From assembly GCA_945787465.1 (NCBI GenBank), contig CALZIZ010000002.1, positions 7,908 through 71,907 on the forward strand: 64,000 nt of DNA, in the 5' to 3' direction. Numbering within the stretch: position 1 is the first letter of the stretch; every line of letters starts with the position of its first letter. Positions 9,548 through 20,407 of the stretch are shown one piece after another. Both the position numbers and the translations under genes were made by a program. The notes below the pieces were generated by a model. It did no database searches and had not been told where the DNA came from. It saw only the letters and a list, made by a program, of their open reading frames with translations. The stretch comes from an uncultured Desulfuromonadales bacterium (lineage in GTDB: Bacteria > Desulfobacterota > Desulfuromonadia > Desulfuromonadales > Trichloromonadaceae).

Positions 9548-10356
9548 AAAACCAAGACCACCACCAGCAGCAGCACGATCAAAAAGAAAGACAACCACTC
9601 CCAGGGCCGAAGGGCGATTAAAGGTTTGAGCACGACGGGCCTTCCAAGGGGCTGACGACCCTCGCAAATATCTATGGCCAGAACATCGGCCCGTTCGATC
9701 AGGCCGAGCAACATCGGAGCCATGATTTTGCGAGCAACCATCGCCCGCTCCAGCAAGGTGCCTTGAGCCTGCACCGGTTCATCCTGGCGGCACCGCTCAA
9801 GGGCTTTGCCGGCCTCATCCCTGAGCACCGGGATAAAATGCAGAACCAGAAGCAGGTACATGGCGGCCTGCTCGACAGGCAGCCCGACCCGGCCCAGGGG
9901 CGAGAGCATGGCGTTTAAACCTGCGACAATCTCCTGAGGCCTGGTGGTCAAGGTGATCATGCTGGAAAATACGACCGCAAGCAACAGCTGCGCACAGACC
10001 ACAGCCCCCAGAACCAGACCATCGAGCGAAATCCAGCTCACCCCCAGAAGGGTGCGCCCGGGGGACAGAAACAGGTGCAGCAACAAAGTAAAGAGCAGCA
10101 GCCAACGAAAGACCCAGGCGCCCCGCCACCATATATGCCACTCGACTTTCGATACACCGACCAGCAGTGCAGCCGCAAGACCGAGAAGGGCAAGCCGTTG
10201 CGGGTCGGCCGAAGCGAAACCGGCCACAATCAGTCCCGGCGCCCCGAGAAGTTTAATCCGCGGGTCGAGCTGGTGCAGCAACGAATCACGCTCCAGAAAC
10301 CGCCCCAGAGTTATGTCGTCAATTAGCCCCATAGCACACGAATGAAAAGGGGGCAC
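9544..10356 (-). CDS. ecfT: Energy-coupling factor transporter transmembrane component T (EcfT/CbiQ family); start uncertain (GTG 10356 or ATG 10332)
   Basis: Polytopic membrane ORF with DSLLHQLDPRIKLL near the N-terminus, typical of EcfT. No ecfA or S-component gene is adjacent. Confidence 0.7.
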   Translation of the reverse strand: MPPFHSCAMGLIDDITLGRFLERDSLLHQLDPRIKLLGAPGLIVAGFASADPQRLALLGLAAALLVGVSKVEWHIWWRGAWVFRWLLLFTLLLHLFLSPGRTLLGVSWISLDGLVLGAVVCAQLLLAVVFSSMITLTTRPQEIVAGLNAMLSPLGRVGLPVEQAAMYLLLVLHFIPVLRDEAGKALERCRQDEPVQAQGTLLERAMVARKIMAPMLLGLIERADVLAIDICEGRQPLGRPVVLKPLIALRPWEWLSFFLIVLLLVVVLVL

Positions 10357-10370
10357 AAGGCCCCCTTTTC
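10344..10370 (-). terminator. Terminator-like hairpin after asd, overlapping the longest ecfT start
   Basis: Minus strand: GAAAAGGGGGC-CTTGT-GCCCCCTTTTC, then ATT. Confidence 0.45.
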
Positions 10371-10396
10371 GAGATTATTACTGAATTCCAAAAAAA

Positions 10397-11416
10397 TCAG
10401 AGATGCTCGGCCACAAGGATTTCGGCGATCTGCACCGCATTGGTTGCCGCCCCTTTGCGAACATTGTCAGCGACCACCCAGAGATTCAAGGCATTGTCGC
10501 AGGACTCATCCTCGCGAATCCTTCCCACCAGGGTTGCATCCCTGCCAGCGGCGTCGATTGGCATAGGATAATCGTTGTTGGCCAGGTCATCAACCACCTC
10601 GACTCCCGCGGCCTGACTGAGCACTTCGCGGGCCCTGGCTGCGGAAATCGGGCCTTCGAACTCAACGTTAACCGATTCGCTGTGCCCGTAAAAGACCGGC
10701 ACCCTGACCGTCGTGGCAGTCACCCGGATCCCCGCATCACCAAGAATCTTCCTGGTCTCATTGACCATTTTCATCTCTTCTTTGGTGTAACCGTTCTCAA
10801 GGAAGGCATCGATGTGGGGCAGGCAGTTGAAACCGATCTGGTGAGGGTAAACCTTGCATTCGGCCGGTCGCCCGTTGAGAAGCTCCCCCGACTGAATACG
10901 CAACTCGTCGACGGCTTTTTGACCGCTACCGGAAACCGCCTGGTAGGTCGAAACCACCACGCGCTTAATGGGGCTGCAATCCTGCAGGGGCTTGAGAGCT
11001 ACAACCATCTGAATCGTTGAGCAGTTGGGGTTAGCGATGATCCCCCTGGTCTTATACTGGCCAATATCCTGGGGATTGACCTCGGGAACCACCAACGGCA
11101 CCTCGGGGTCCATGCGCCAGGCGCTGGAATTATCGATACAAACGGCACCGGCTGCAGCTGCAATGGGGCAGAACTTCTCACTGCGCTCGCCACCGGCGCT
11201 GAACAGCGCGATGTCGATGTCCTTAAAGGAGTCATTGTTCAACTCCTCGACCATAACCTGCTCGTCCTTGAATTCCAGAAAGTCCCCTGCCGATCGTTCA
11301 GAAGCCAGCAGGCGCAGCTTGCCGATTGGAAAGTTTCGCTCGGCCAAAACCTCGAGAATCTGGTTGCCAACGGCTCCGGTAGCCCCAACCACTGCAACGT
11401 TAAACTGCCTGGACAT
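10397..11416 (-). CDS. asd: Aspartate-semialdehyde dehydrogenase
   Basis: 339 aa with VAVVGATGAVG and the NPNCSTIQ active-site motif. Confidence 0.95.
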   Translation of the reverse strand: MSRQFNVAVVGATGAVGNQILEVLAERNFPIGKLRLLASERSAGDFLEFKDEQVMVEELNNDSFKDIDIALFSAGGERSEKFCPIAAAAGAVCIDNSSAWRMDPEVPLVVPEVNPQDIGQYKTRGIIANPNCSTIQMVVALKPLQDCSPIKRVVVSTYQAVSGSGQKAVDELRIQSGELLNGRPAECKVYPHQIGFNCLPHIDAFLENGYTKEEMKMVNETRKILGDAGIRVTATTVRVPVFYGHSESVNVEFEGPISAARAREVLSQAAGVEVVDDLANNDYPMPIDAAGRDATLVGRIREDESCDNALNLWVVADNVRKGAATNAVQIAEILVAEHL

Positions 11417-11445
11417 TTGTTCTGTTCTCCTGTTGCTGTTGGTTG

Positions 11446-11480
11446 CCCCCCTGGTTTCAGCCGGGCTGAAACCAGGGGGG
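11446..11480 (-). terminator. Strong GC hairpin between leuB and asd (terminator or attenuator-like; no clear U-tract)
   Basis: 15-bp perfect stem CCCCCCTGGTTTCAG/CTGAAACCAGGGGGG with a 5-nt loop. Confidence 0.4.
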
Positions 11481-11491
11481 GCGTCTGGATA

Positions 11492-12631
<1,140 letters not shown>

Positions 12632-12669
12632 TCAAACAGCCAAAACCGTCACTTTTTCAAACGGTTGCC

Positions 12670-12698
12670 ACTATATGAAGCGATCTGAGGTTTGTCAA
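12670..12698 (-). promoter_or_regulatory. Sigma70-type promoter for leuB
   Basis: Minus strand: TTGACA (12698-12693), 17-nt spacer, TATAGT (12675-12670). Sits downstream of the leuD terminator. Confidence 0.55.
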
Positions 12699-12786
12699 AT
12701 CATTTTTCCGGCCATGGGGACCGGTTCTGCAGAATCAGACCTGCCTCTCCACTAAAAAAACACCAAGCTCTTAAAGGGGCCCTGCA

Positions 12787-12815
12787 TAAAAAAAGACCGG
12801 GCATTGCCCGGTCTC
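12787..12815 (-). terminator. Rho-independent terminator after leuD
   Basis: Minus strand: AGACCGGGC-AAT-GCCCGGTCT, then TTTTTTTAT. Confidence 0.75.
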
Positions 12816-12836
12816 TTTCTATCGTTTTGGCCAGGC

Positions 12837-13367
12837 TCAATAACGGGCGTCGGCAAACTCTACCCAGCCTCCGGCCTTGACCAGGGCCTTGTCAAACTGG
12901 CTGATGTCAAAGGAAAAGGTTTCCATTTTACCGGCGGCGCTAGCAGAAATGGTCTGGGCCTCGAGATCGACGGACACCTCGACGTCAGCAACAGCCGAGA
13001 GCCCGAAAAACCGGTCGATATCGGCCTTGGGCAATTCAATGGCGAGCATCCCCCCATTGAACATGTTCTGCCGGAATATACGGGCGTAGCTTTCGGCGAT
13101 CACGGTGTGAATATCGTTGACCTCGAAAACCCATGGTGCGTGCTCACGGGAGGAGCCGCAACCAAAATTCTCACGGGTGACGATGACCCTGGCATTTTTG
13201 AGTTTTTCGCCCTTGGGGTCAAAACCTTCGAGCTTGAGGTCTTCGAGGCAGTAAGGGGTCAAGGCCTCCTTTGTGACCTCGGTCAGGTACTTGGCGGGGA
13301 TGATCTCATCGGTGTTTATATCGGATCGGTCCAGAAAAATGGCCGGTCCGCCAAAAGATTTTTCCAT
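12837..13367 (-). CDS. leuD: 3-isopropylmalate dehydratase small subunit
   Basis: 176 aa with INTDEIIPAKYL and GCGSSREHAPW motifs. Confidence 0.93.
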   Translation of the reverse strand: MEKSFGGPAIFLDRSDINTDEIIPAKYLTEVTKEALTPYCLEDLKLEGFDPKGEKLKNARVIVTRENFGCGSSREHAPWVFEVNDIHTVIAESYARIFRQNMFNGGMLAIELPKADIDRFFGLSAVADVEVSVDLEAQTISASAAGKMETFSFDISQFDKALVKAGGWVEFADARY

Positions 13368-13414
13368 GGTGCATGTGCTCCCTTTTGTAAAAAATTCAGT
13401 CTCGCCTTGAGCCC

Positions 13415-14695
13415 TCAGTAACTGCGGGGATCGACGATTTTTCCTGCCAGGGCGGTCGCTGCAGCGGTGGCCGGGCTCATCAGGTGAACCATGCCCCCCT
13501 TGCCCATGCGACCGTTGAAGTTGCGATTACTGGTGGCCGCACAGACTTCACCTTCGGCGAGCACTCCGTTGCTCATGCCGAGACAGGCACCGCAAGTGGG
13601 GTTGGTCACGCAGAAACCGGCATCCATGAAAATCTTGATGATCCCCTCTTCAAGAGCATCGCTGAAAATTTTCGGGGTCGCAGGTGAAACGATACCGCGA
13701 ACCGAATCGGCAATCTTCTTACCCTTAAGAATCTCTGCAGCAACCCTCAGGTCTTCGATACGGCCATTGGTACAGGTACCGATGTAGATCTGGTCAACTG
13801 GGGACCCGGCCAACTCTCCGACCGGCTTGACGCAGTCGGGTTTGTAGCCGTAGGTCACCTGGGGCTCGAGGGTCGAAACATCGATATCGAGAACCTTGTC
13901 ATAGCAGGCATCCTCATCGGAGTGCCATTTTTTATAATCTTCAAGGGCTGCCTCTTTGCTCGGATAGTCCTCGGAAATGAAGGGCCAGAGGTAATCAACC
14001 GTGGTCATGTCGGGCAGGCAGATCCCGCAGGTGCCACCAGCCTCAATGGCCATATTGCACAAGGTCATGCGTGCCTCCATGGACATCTCGTCGACGATCG
14101 GTCCGCGGAACTCGATCACCCGGTCAGTGGCACCGTTCACACCAAGCTGGGCGATGACGAAGAGGATGACATCCTTGGCATAGACCCCACTGGACAGGGT
14201 GCCGCTGAGGTTGACCCGAATGGTCCCGGGTTGGCGGAAGGCACAGACTCCCTTGAGGATACCGACCTCGAGGTCTGTGGTACCGACTCCGGCGGCAAAA
14301 GCACCGAAAGCCCCGTGGGTGCAGGTGTGACTGTCGCCCATAATGACCGTATACCCCGGGCGGATATAACCTTTTTCAGGAAAGATCGCGTGGCAGACGC
14401 CGTTATGGCCAACGTCGAAAAAGTCTGGGATTTCGTGCCGCCGGGCCCAATCACGAAGCATTTTTGCCTGAAGAGCTGTCTTGCTGTCCTTAGAGGGGGT
14501 CACATGATCGATGACTGCCTTGATCTTATTAGGGTCAAAAACACGGTCTTTACCGCGCCACTCGAGGTCGGCTATGGCAACCGGAGTGGTAATTTCATGA
14601 CACAGGACCCGGTCGAGGTTCAGGACCTTGGTCCCGGCAAAAGGCTCATCACGAAGATGAGCGTCAAAGATTTTTTCGGCGATGGTTTTTCCCAT
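13415..14695 (-). CDS. leuC: 3-isopropylmalate dehydratase large subunit
   Basis: 426 aa, aconitase-family, with Cys ligands (GDSHTCTHGA, GTCTNGR, NPTCGACLG). Confidence 0.93.
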   Translation of the reverse strand: MGKTIAEKIFDAHLRDEPFAGTKVLNLDRVLCHEITTPVAIADLEWRGKDRVFDPNKIKAVIDHVTPSKDSKTALQAKMLRDWARRHEIPDFFDVGHNGVCHAIFPEKGYIRPGYTVIMGDSHTCTHGAFGAFAAGVGTTDLEVGILKGVCAFRQPGTIRVNLSGTLSSGVYAKDVILFVIAQLGVNGATDRVIEFRGPIVDEMSMEARMTLCNMAIEAGGTCGICLPDMTTVDYLWPFISEDYPSKEAALEDYKKWHSDEDACYDKVLDIDVSTLEPQVTYGYKPDCVKPVGELAGSPVDQIYIGTCTNGRIEDLRVAAEILKGKKIADSVRGIVSPATPKIFSDALEEGIIKIFMDAGFCVTNPTCGACLGMSNGVLAEGEVCAATSNRNFNGRMGKGGMVHLMSPATAAATALAGKIVDPRSY

Positions 14696-14874
14696 GTTTT
14701 CTCCTTCACTTTCAGACTGTATACAACAGGGTTTGATATTATCTCAATCCAGGGCTCTCATGCAAGCGGCTCCTCAGCCCGTGGGACGAAACACGCGGAG
14801 CCATCAGAGAATGCTCCGCGCATCCAGTTCGTCAACGGTGCCGATGCCAGGTCTTCCAGGGCGCACCGGTATGG

Positions 14875-16413
14875 TTACAGAGAAACGGTCGTTCGTTTTT
14901 GTTTGGAGGCGATTTTATTCAAGGCGTTGATGTAAGCCTTGGCGCTGGCCACGATAATATCGGGATGCGCCCCCTGCCCCAGCACCTCGCGGCCATCGAG
15001 TTCGAGGCGAACGGTGCACTCGCCCTGGGCGTCGGTGCCGCCGGTGATGGCCCCGACAGAAAAGTTGAGCAGGCGTGCCTTGCTTCCGGCAAGCTTCTTG
15101 ATCGCCTTGAAGGTGGCATCGACGGGACCATCGCCAATAAGGGCAACCTTTTTCACCTTCCCTTCAACCTCGAGTTCCACCGTTGCGGTGGGAGCGGCAA
15201 AGGAGCCGGACGACACGTTCATCTGCATCAACTTGTAGGTCTCGGGGACCCGGATAATTTCGTCGGCGACGATGGCGTCAAGATCTTCATCGAAAATCTC
15301 TTTTTTTGCATCGGCCAGAGCCTTAAAGCGGACGAACGCCTTGTTGGTATCCTCTTTATTCAAGTCATAACCGAGTTCGGTCAACCGCTGGGTAAAGGCA
15401 TGGCGACCCGAGTGCTTGCCGAGAACCAGCTTGTTCTGGTTAAGCCCGATCGATTCGGGGGTCATGATTTCGTAGGTCGATTTTTCCATCAGCACCCCAT
15501 GCTGGTGGATCCCGGCCTCGTGAGCGAAAGCGTTGGCACCGACGATCGCTTTGTTGGGCTGCACGACGATCCCGGTGATGGTTGAAAGCAGCTTGCTCGC
15601 AGCGTAGATATGCTCGGTCACCACATTAGTGCCAAAGGGCATGATGTCGTGACGGGTGCGCAGGGTCATGACCACCTCTTCAAGCGAGCAATTGCCGGCA
15701 CGCTCACCGATACCGTTAATGGTACACTCAACCTGCCCGGCGCCGGCCTGGATGGCGGCGAGGGAGTTGGCCACGGCAAGCCCGAGGTCATTGTGGCAAT
15801 GCACCGAAAGGACGGCCTTTTCGACGTTGGGGACGTTGTCCTTAAGGTATTTGATAATGTTAAAGTACTCTGAAGGGATGGTATAACCGACGGTATCTGG
15901 GATATTCACCGTAGTCGCCCCGGCATCGATCACCGCCTCGACCACCTTGGCCAGAAACGGCAACCGGGTGCGCACGGCATCCTCAGCGGAGAATTCAACG
16001 TTCGCAGTGTAGCCTGCTGCACGCCTGACGGCTTTGACCGCGGCCTCAAGAACCTGCTCTTCGCTCATCTGGAGCTTGTGTTTCATATGGATATCGCTGG
16101 TGGCGATAAAGGTATGGATGCGGCCGCGCTCTCCGGCGTATTGCAGAGCCTCCCACGCCCGGTCGATATCCATATCGTTGGCTCGGCACAGTCCGGCGAT
16201 CTGCGGCCCCTTGATCGCCTGGGCGACGCGCTTGACCGCCTCGAAATCACCTTCGGAGGCAATCGGAAAGCCGGCCTCGATGACATCGACGTTCATCTTT
16301 TCAAGCTGATGGGCGATGCGCAACTTCTCCTCGATGTTCATGCTGGCGCCGGGAGACTGCTCACCATCACGTAAGGTCGTATCGAAAATGATAATATTGG
16401 CTTTTTCGCTCAT
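14875..16413 (-). CDS. leuA: 2-isopropylmalate synthase
   Basis: Start taken at [22 protein letters not shown] (ATG 16413). [14 protein letters not shown] motif and a C-terminal LeuA dimerisation/regulatory domain. Confidence 0.95.
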   Translation of the reverse strand: MSEKANIIIFDTTLRDGEQSPGASMNIEEKLRIAHQLEKMNVDVIEAGFPIASEGDFEAVKRVAQAIKGPQIAGLCRANDMDIDRAWEALQYAGERGRIHTFIATSDIHMKHKLQMSEEQVLEAAVKAVRRAAGYTANVEFSAEDAVRTRLPFLAKVVEAVIDAGATTVNIPDTVGYTIPSEYFNIIKYLKDNVPNVEKAVLSVHCHNDLGLAVANSLAAIQAGAGQVECTINGIGERAGNCSLEEVVMTLRTRHDIMPFGTNVVTEHIYAASKLLSTITGIVVQPNKAIVGANAFAHEAGIHQHGVLMEKSTYEIMTPESIGLNQNKLVLGKHSGRHAFTQRLTELGYDLNKEDTNKAFVRFKALADAKKEIFDEDLDAIVADEIIRVPETYKLMQMNVSSGSFAAPTATVELEVEGKVKKVALIGDGPVDATFKAIKKLAGSKARLLNFSVGAITGGTDAQGECTVRLELDGREVLGQGAHPDIIVASAKAYINALNKIASKQKRTTVSL

Positions 16414-16596
16414 GTTTTCTCCTTTATTGGGCCATGGCCCCATCGGGCAGTTCGTGCAGGTTGTAGTTGTTCAAAGCAGTAATTGTAGCCGACATACTAC
16501 GCAATGCTAGCTCACCTAGGTCCGATTCCACACGACCACCCCCTTTCCCTGGACTCCAGGCACGGCCCCCTGGAGGTTCAATCTTTTCGACCGACG

Positions 16597-16860
16597 CCTA
16601 ATAAAAAAGCCCTCGACCCCTATCAGGGGCGAGAGCTTCAGCTTCGCGGTACCACCCTGTTACAGCCCGATAGACGGGCCCTCGTTGGTCTTTTACGCAG
16701 ACTTACGGCGAGAACTACCTGGTACACCTGCAAGTTGCAAGTGCAACCGTTCACCCTCGCGGCTCCAAGGCGAGTTCGAATCCGTCCTGTGCCGACTTGC
16801 AGCAACCGTCGGCTCTCTGAAACAGGGTCAGGAATCTACTACTCCTCTTCAACGCCTTTG
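16597..16860 (-). promoter_or_regulatory. T-box leader (tRNA-Leu, specifier CUC) with intrinsic terminator, controlling leuA-leuC-leuD
   Basis: Read on the minus strand: stem I base GCGTTGAAGAGGAGTAGTA; AGAGA box CAGAGAGCCGACGGTTGCTG; specifier loop GGATTCGAA-CTC-GCC (CTC = plus 16772-16774); T-box AACAGGGTGGTACCGCG (16645-16661). The terminator is GCTCTCGCCCCT-GATA-AGGGGTCGAGGGC plus TTTTTTATT (16601-16636). Confidence 0.85.
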
Positions 16861-16868
16861 ACAAGCTT

Positions 16869-16907
16869 TGAGCGGATAATAGAACAGATATCCGCTCAGG
16901 ATGTCAA
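16869..16907 (-). promoter_or_regulatory. Candidate promoter of the T-box leader with an overlapping 10-bp inverted repeat (operator-like)
   Basis: Minus strand: TTGACA (16907-16902). TGAGCGGATA (16898-16889), a 10-nt loop holding a weak -10 (TTCTAT), then TATCCGCTCA (16878-16869). Confidence 0.4.
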
Positions 16908-17138
16908 GCGTTTTTGCCCCAAAGCAAACATCGGTTTGTTTTGTTCAAGGGCGCCATACAGGGTTTGATCAAGCGGAATTTTTGATTGTGAGCTTGGATG
17001 AACCGGCCAAAGCCACCAAAAAGGTGCGCGGCCCCGAAAGCACAGAACCAAAGATCAACAGAAACAGCACGATAATGGCTTTATGTGGTGAAGCAGCCCC
17101 TGGCGCAGGCTTTCCGCCAAAGGGCACAGGCTCCTGGT

Positions 17139-17783
17139 TCAGCGCAGATAGCCCAGAATCGTCTCTCCGGCGACGGTGCGATCACCAATCCGAGCGTTAA
17201 TCTGTGCCTCCTCGGGAAAATAAACATCGACCCTCGACCCGAAACGGATCAGCCCATAGCGCATCCCCCGCTCAAGGGTGCTGCCGACCACCGGATAGGT
17301 GACGATGCGACGGGCGATCAACCCGGCGATCTGCACAAAGAGCAGGCGCTTGCCCTTGGGGGTTTCGAGAAGGATCCCCCCCTGCTCGTTCTCGAGGCTG
17401 GCCTTGTCCAGTGCCGCGTTGAGAAACTGGCCTTTATTGTAAAACATATCCACAACTTGACCCGAAAATGGCGCCCGGTTCACATGGACGTTAAACACGG
17501 ACATGAAAATGCTGACCTTGATGGCCGGTCCCTTGAAGTAACGATCCTCGGTCACCGGGCCGGCGAAGACAATTTTGCCGTCTGCCGGAGAGACAACCGC
17601 GTCTTCCTCCTGAGGAACGCACCGTTCGGGGTTGCGGAAGAAGTAGACGGTGAAGAGGGTCAACAGCAAAAAGACCACCGACAGAAAACCCCAACCCAAC
17701 AGGGCAAAAACCAGGGTGATAAAAGCAAACAGGCCGATAAAGGGATAGCCTTCGTTGGCAACAGGCTGATTTTGATTGCGCAT
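17139..17783 (-). CDS. psd: Phosphatidylserine decarboxylase proenzyme (short, archaetidylserine decarboxylase-like type)
   Basis: 214 aa. N-terminal TM segments and a C-terminal FGSRVDVYFP self-cleavage region (GS). Confidence 0.88.
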   Translation of the reverse strand: MRNQNQPVANEGYPFIGLFAFITLVFALLGWGFLSVVFLLLTLFTVYFFRNPERCVPQEEDAVVSPADGKIVFAGPVTEDRYFKGPAIKVSIFMSVFNVHVNRAPFSGQVVDMFYNKGQFLNAALDKASLENEQGGILLETPKGKRLLFVQIAGLIARRIVTYPVVGSTLERGMRYGLIRFGSRVDVYFPEEAQINARIGDRTVAGETILGYLR

Positions 17784-17998
17784 TTTTCAGTTCCTTGGTG
17801 AGTAGAGTAAATAGAACAATACCTTAAAAAAACAACAGGCGACCTGCAACCAGTGTCAGGTCTACCCGGCCACAGGTTACTAGCCACCCGCTATTCATTA
17901 CGTGAAACCGGTTTTAGTTACGGTTTCTGTCAACAACCTTTGTTCTTGCCGACCCAACACATCATCGAACACAGCTTCCCGCCAAGCTCTACGACGAA

Positions 17999-18033
17999 GT
18001 GCTCAACGCCTTGCGACGCATGGCGTTGAGCAC
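17999..18033. other. Perfect 12-bp stem hairpin in the ilvN-psd spacer
   Basis: GTGCTCAACGCC-TTGCGACGCAT-GGCGTTGAGCAC. No U-tract on either strand. Confidence 0.5.
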
Positions 18034-18115
18034 CGGTTGCTTGGCCTTGCCTTCTAGCATGACTCCCGGGTGAATCTACCCTCCTTGCTCAGTCAGGGTT
18101 TGTAGCCCGGGTGGG

Positions 18116-18625
18116 TCAGGCGTTTTTCCACTCTTTTGCGCCGCGACCGAGAACCACCGGCCCGGACCGTACAACTTCCTTAATCCCCATGGGCCGCAAC
18201 AGTTCGAGGATCGCCTCGACCTTTGCCGGTGCGCCGGTCACCTCGATAGTATAGGAGCGGGCGGTCACGTCCACCACCTTACCGCGGAAGATATCGGCGA
18301 CGCGCAGAATCTCTGCCCGGGTATCCTCACTGGCGGTCACCTTGATCAAGGCCATTTCGCGCTCGACATAATCCTGGCCGGTAAAGTCGATAATCTTGAT
18401 GGTGTCGATCAGCTTGTTGAGTTGCTTGTTGATCTGTTCAAGAATCCGGTCATCGCCGCTGGTAACGATGGTCATGCGGGAGATACTCGGGTCGAGGGTA
18501 GGCGCTACCGAAAGGCTCTCGATATTGAACCCCCGTCCCGAAAAGAGCCCGGAAACCCGGCTCAGCACCCCGAATTCATTTTCAACCAAAACCGAAATCG
18601 TATGTCTCATCTCAGATGTCTCCAT
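18116..18625 (-). CDS. ilvN: Acetolactate synthase small (regulatory) subunit
   Basis: 169 aa with ACT domain HTISVLVENEFGVLSRVSGLFSGRGFNIESL. An alternative ATG lies at 18610. Confidence 0.93.
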   Translation of the reverse strand: METSEMRHTISVLVENEFGVLSRVSGLFSGRGFNIESLSVAPTLDPSISRMTIVTSGDDRILEQINKQLNKLIDTIKIIDFTGQDYVEREMALIKVTASEDTRAEILRVADIFRGKVVDVTARSYTIEVTGAPAKVEAILELLRPMGIKEVVRSGPVVLGRGAKEWKNA

Positions 18626-18648
18626 TCACAATGTATAGAATAATTTTT

Positions 18649-20346
18649 TCAGGACGCCAGAACCATTTCGTTGAGGCCGGCCCCGGTGGGGACCATGGGC
18701 ATGACGTTCTCCTCCCTGGCCACCTTGAACTCCATAATTACCGGGCCCGGGGTATCCAGAGCCTGTTGAATGACCTTTTCCACTTCGTCAGGGGTTCTGG
18801 CCTGCAAACCTGTGGCCCCGTAGGCCTCGGCCAACTTGACGAAATCGATGGGCAACTCCATGCAGGTCTGGCTGTAACGCTTACTGAAGAACATCTGCTG
18901 CCACTGACGAACCATCCCGAGGAAATTGTTGTTGAGGATGGCAATCTTAACCGGCAGCCGGTACTGTACCAGGGTGGCAAGCTCCTGGGAGTTCATCTGA
19001 AAAGATCCATCCCCGGAGATATCTATGACCTGCCGTTCGGGAAAGGCAGCCTGGGCTCCCAGTGCCGCCGGCAATCCATAGCCCATAGTCCCCAGGCCGC
19101 CTGACGAGAGAAAGGTGCGTGGCTGGGTGAAACCAAAAAACTGGGCGGTCCACATCTGGTGCTGCCCGACCTCGGTCGTGATAATTGCGTCGTCGGCTGT
19201 CAGCTCCCGAATCTTCTCGATAACAAACTGTGGCTTAATGACGCTGCTCGAAGCCTTGTAACTCATCGGGTGCTTGGATTTCCAGCCTTCGACCTCCTGA
19301 CGCCAGGGAGCGGTTTCGGCGATCAATTCCTCGACCTCCTCGGCAGATTCGGCCAGCCTGGTGACAAGTTTGTGCAGCACGTCCTTAAGATCGCCGACGA
19401 TGGGTAAATCCACGCGAACGTTTTTCTTGATTGATGTCGGATCGATATCGACATGGATCACCTTGGCATGGGGCGCAAATGTGGCAATCTTTCCGGTGAC
19501 CCGATCGTCAAACCGCGCCCCGATGGCAATCAGCAGGTCCGAGTCGGTCACCGCCATATTGGCATAGTAGGTCCCATGCATCCCCAGCATGCCCAGCGAC
19601 AGGGGATGCTTTCTGGGAAAGGCTGCCATACCCATCAAGGTGGTGGTCACCGGGGCCTGGATGGTTTCGGCCAGTTTTTTGAGCTCTTCAGGAGCATCGG
19701 ATAGAGTCGCCCCGCCGCCGACGTAAATGAGCGGCTTGCGCGCCTTGAGGATCATCTTTACGGCCTTTTCGACCTGCCGGACATTGGGGCTGTAGGTCGG
19801 TTTGTAGCCGGGAAGATCTACGGACTCGGGGTAAGAAAACTGGGTTGTGGCAACCTGTATATCCTTTGGCAGATCAATCAGAACCGGCCCGGGCCGCCCG
19901 GTGCGGGCGATGTAAAAGGCCTGCTTGATGATTCGCGCCAGGTCCTTAATATCACGCACCAGGTAGTTATGCTTGGTCACAGGCCTGGTGATACCGATGA
20001 TGTCGGCTTCCTGAAATGCGTCATTGCCGATCAGCGGGGTCGGCACCTGGCCGGTGATAATCACCATGGGAATGGAATCCATGTAGGCGGTGGCGATTCC
20101 GGTAACGGTGTTGGTGGCACCGGGCCCGCTGGTTGCAATAGCAACCCCGACCTGGCCCGTCGCCCGGGCATAGCCATCGGCGGCGTGAACCGCAGCCTGT
20201 TCATGGCGGGTCAGAATATGCTTGATGGAAGAATCCATGAGATCATCATAGATATTGATGACCGCGCCTCCCGGATAGCCGAAAACGGTTTCGACACCCT
20301 CGAGCTGCAGGCATTCCAGAAGTATCTGAGATCCGGTCTTTTTCAC
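18649..20346 (-). CDS. ilvB: Acetolactate synthase large (catalytic) subunit
   Basis: 565 aa ThDP enzyme with a GDGSFQMN motif. Confidence 0.95.
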   Translation of the reverse strand: MKKTGSQILLECLQLEGVETVFGYPGGAVINIYDDLMDSSIKHILTRHEQAAVHAADGYARATGQVGVAIATSGPGATNTVTGIATAYMDSIPMVIITGQVPTPLIGNDAFQEADIIGITRPVTKHNYLVRDIKDLARIIKQAFYIARTGRPGPVLIDLPKDIQVATTQFSYPESVDLPGYKPTYSPNVRQVEKAVKMILKARKPLIYVGGGATLSDAPEELKKLAETIQAPVTTTLMGMAAFPRKHPLSLGMLGMHGTYYANMAVTDSDLLIAIGARFDDRVTGKIATFAPHAKVIHVDIDPTSIKKNVRVDLPIVGDLKDVLHKLVTRLAESAEEVEELIAETAPWRQEVEGWKSKHPMSYKASSSVIKPQFVIEKIRELTADDAIITTEVGQHQMWTAQFFGFTQPRTFLSSGGLGTMGYGLPAALGAQAAFPERQVIDISGDGSFQMNSQELATLVQYRLPVKIAILNNNFLGMVRQWQQMFFSKRYSQTCMELPIDFVKLAEAYGATGLQARTPDEVEKVIQQALDTPGPVIMEFKVAREENVMPMVPTGAGLNEMVLAS

Positions 20347-20407
20347 AAAAAGTCTCCTCCAGAAAGATCAGGCAATGGAACGGGCATGGGCAGTATGAAA
20401 ACGGGGC

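Noticed and set aside
16771-16785. tRNA T-loop-like GAGTTCGAATCCGTC on the plus strand.
   Set aside because: The flanks do not form T-stem or acceptor pairing. The segment is the reverse complement of the T-box specifier region.
17985-18056. 23-codon minus-strand ORF (MLEGKAKQPVLNAMRRKALSTSS) spanning the 12-bp hairpin.
   Set aside because: There is no properly spaced RBS, it is very short, and the sequence is better explained as a hairpin.
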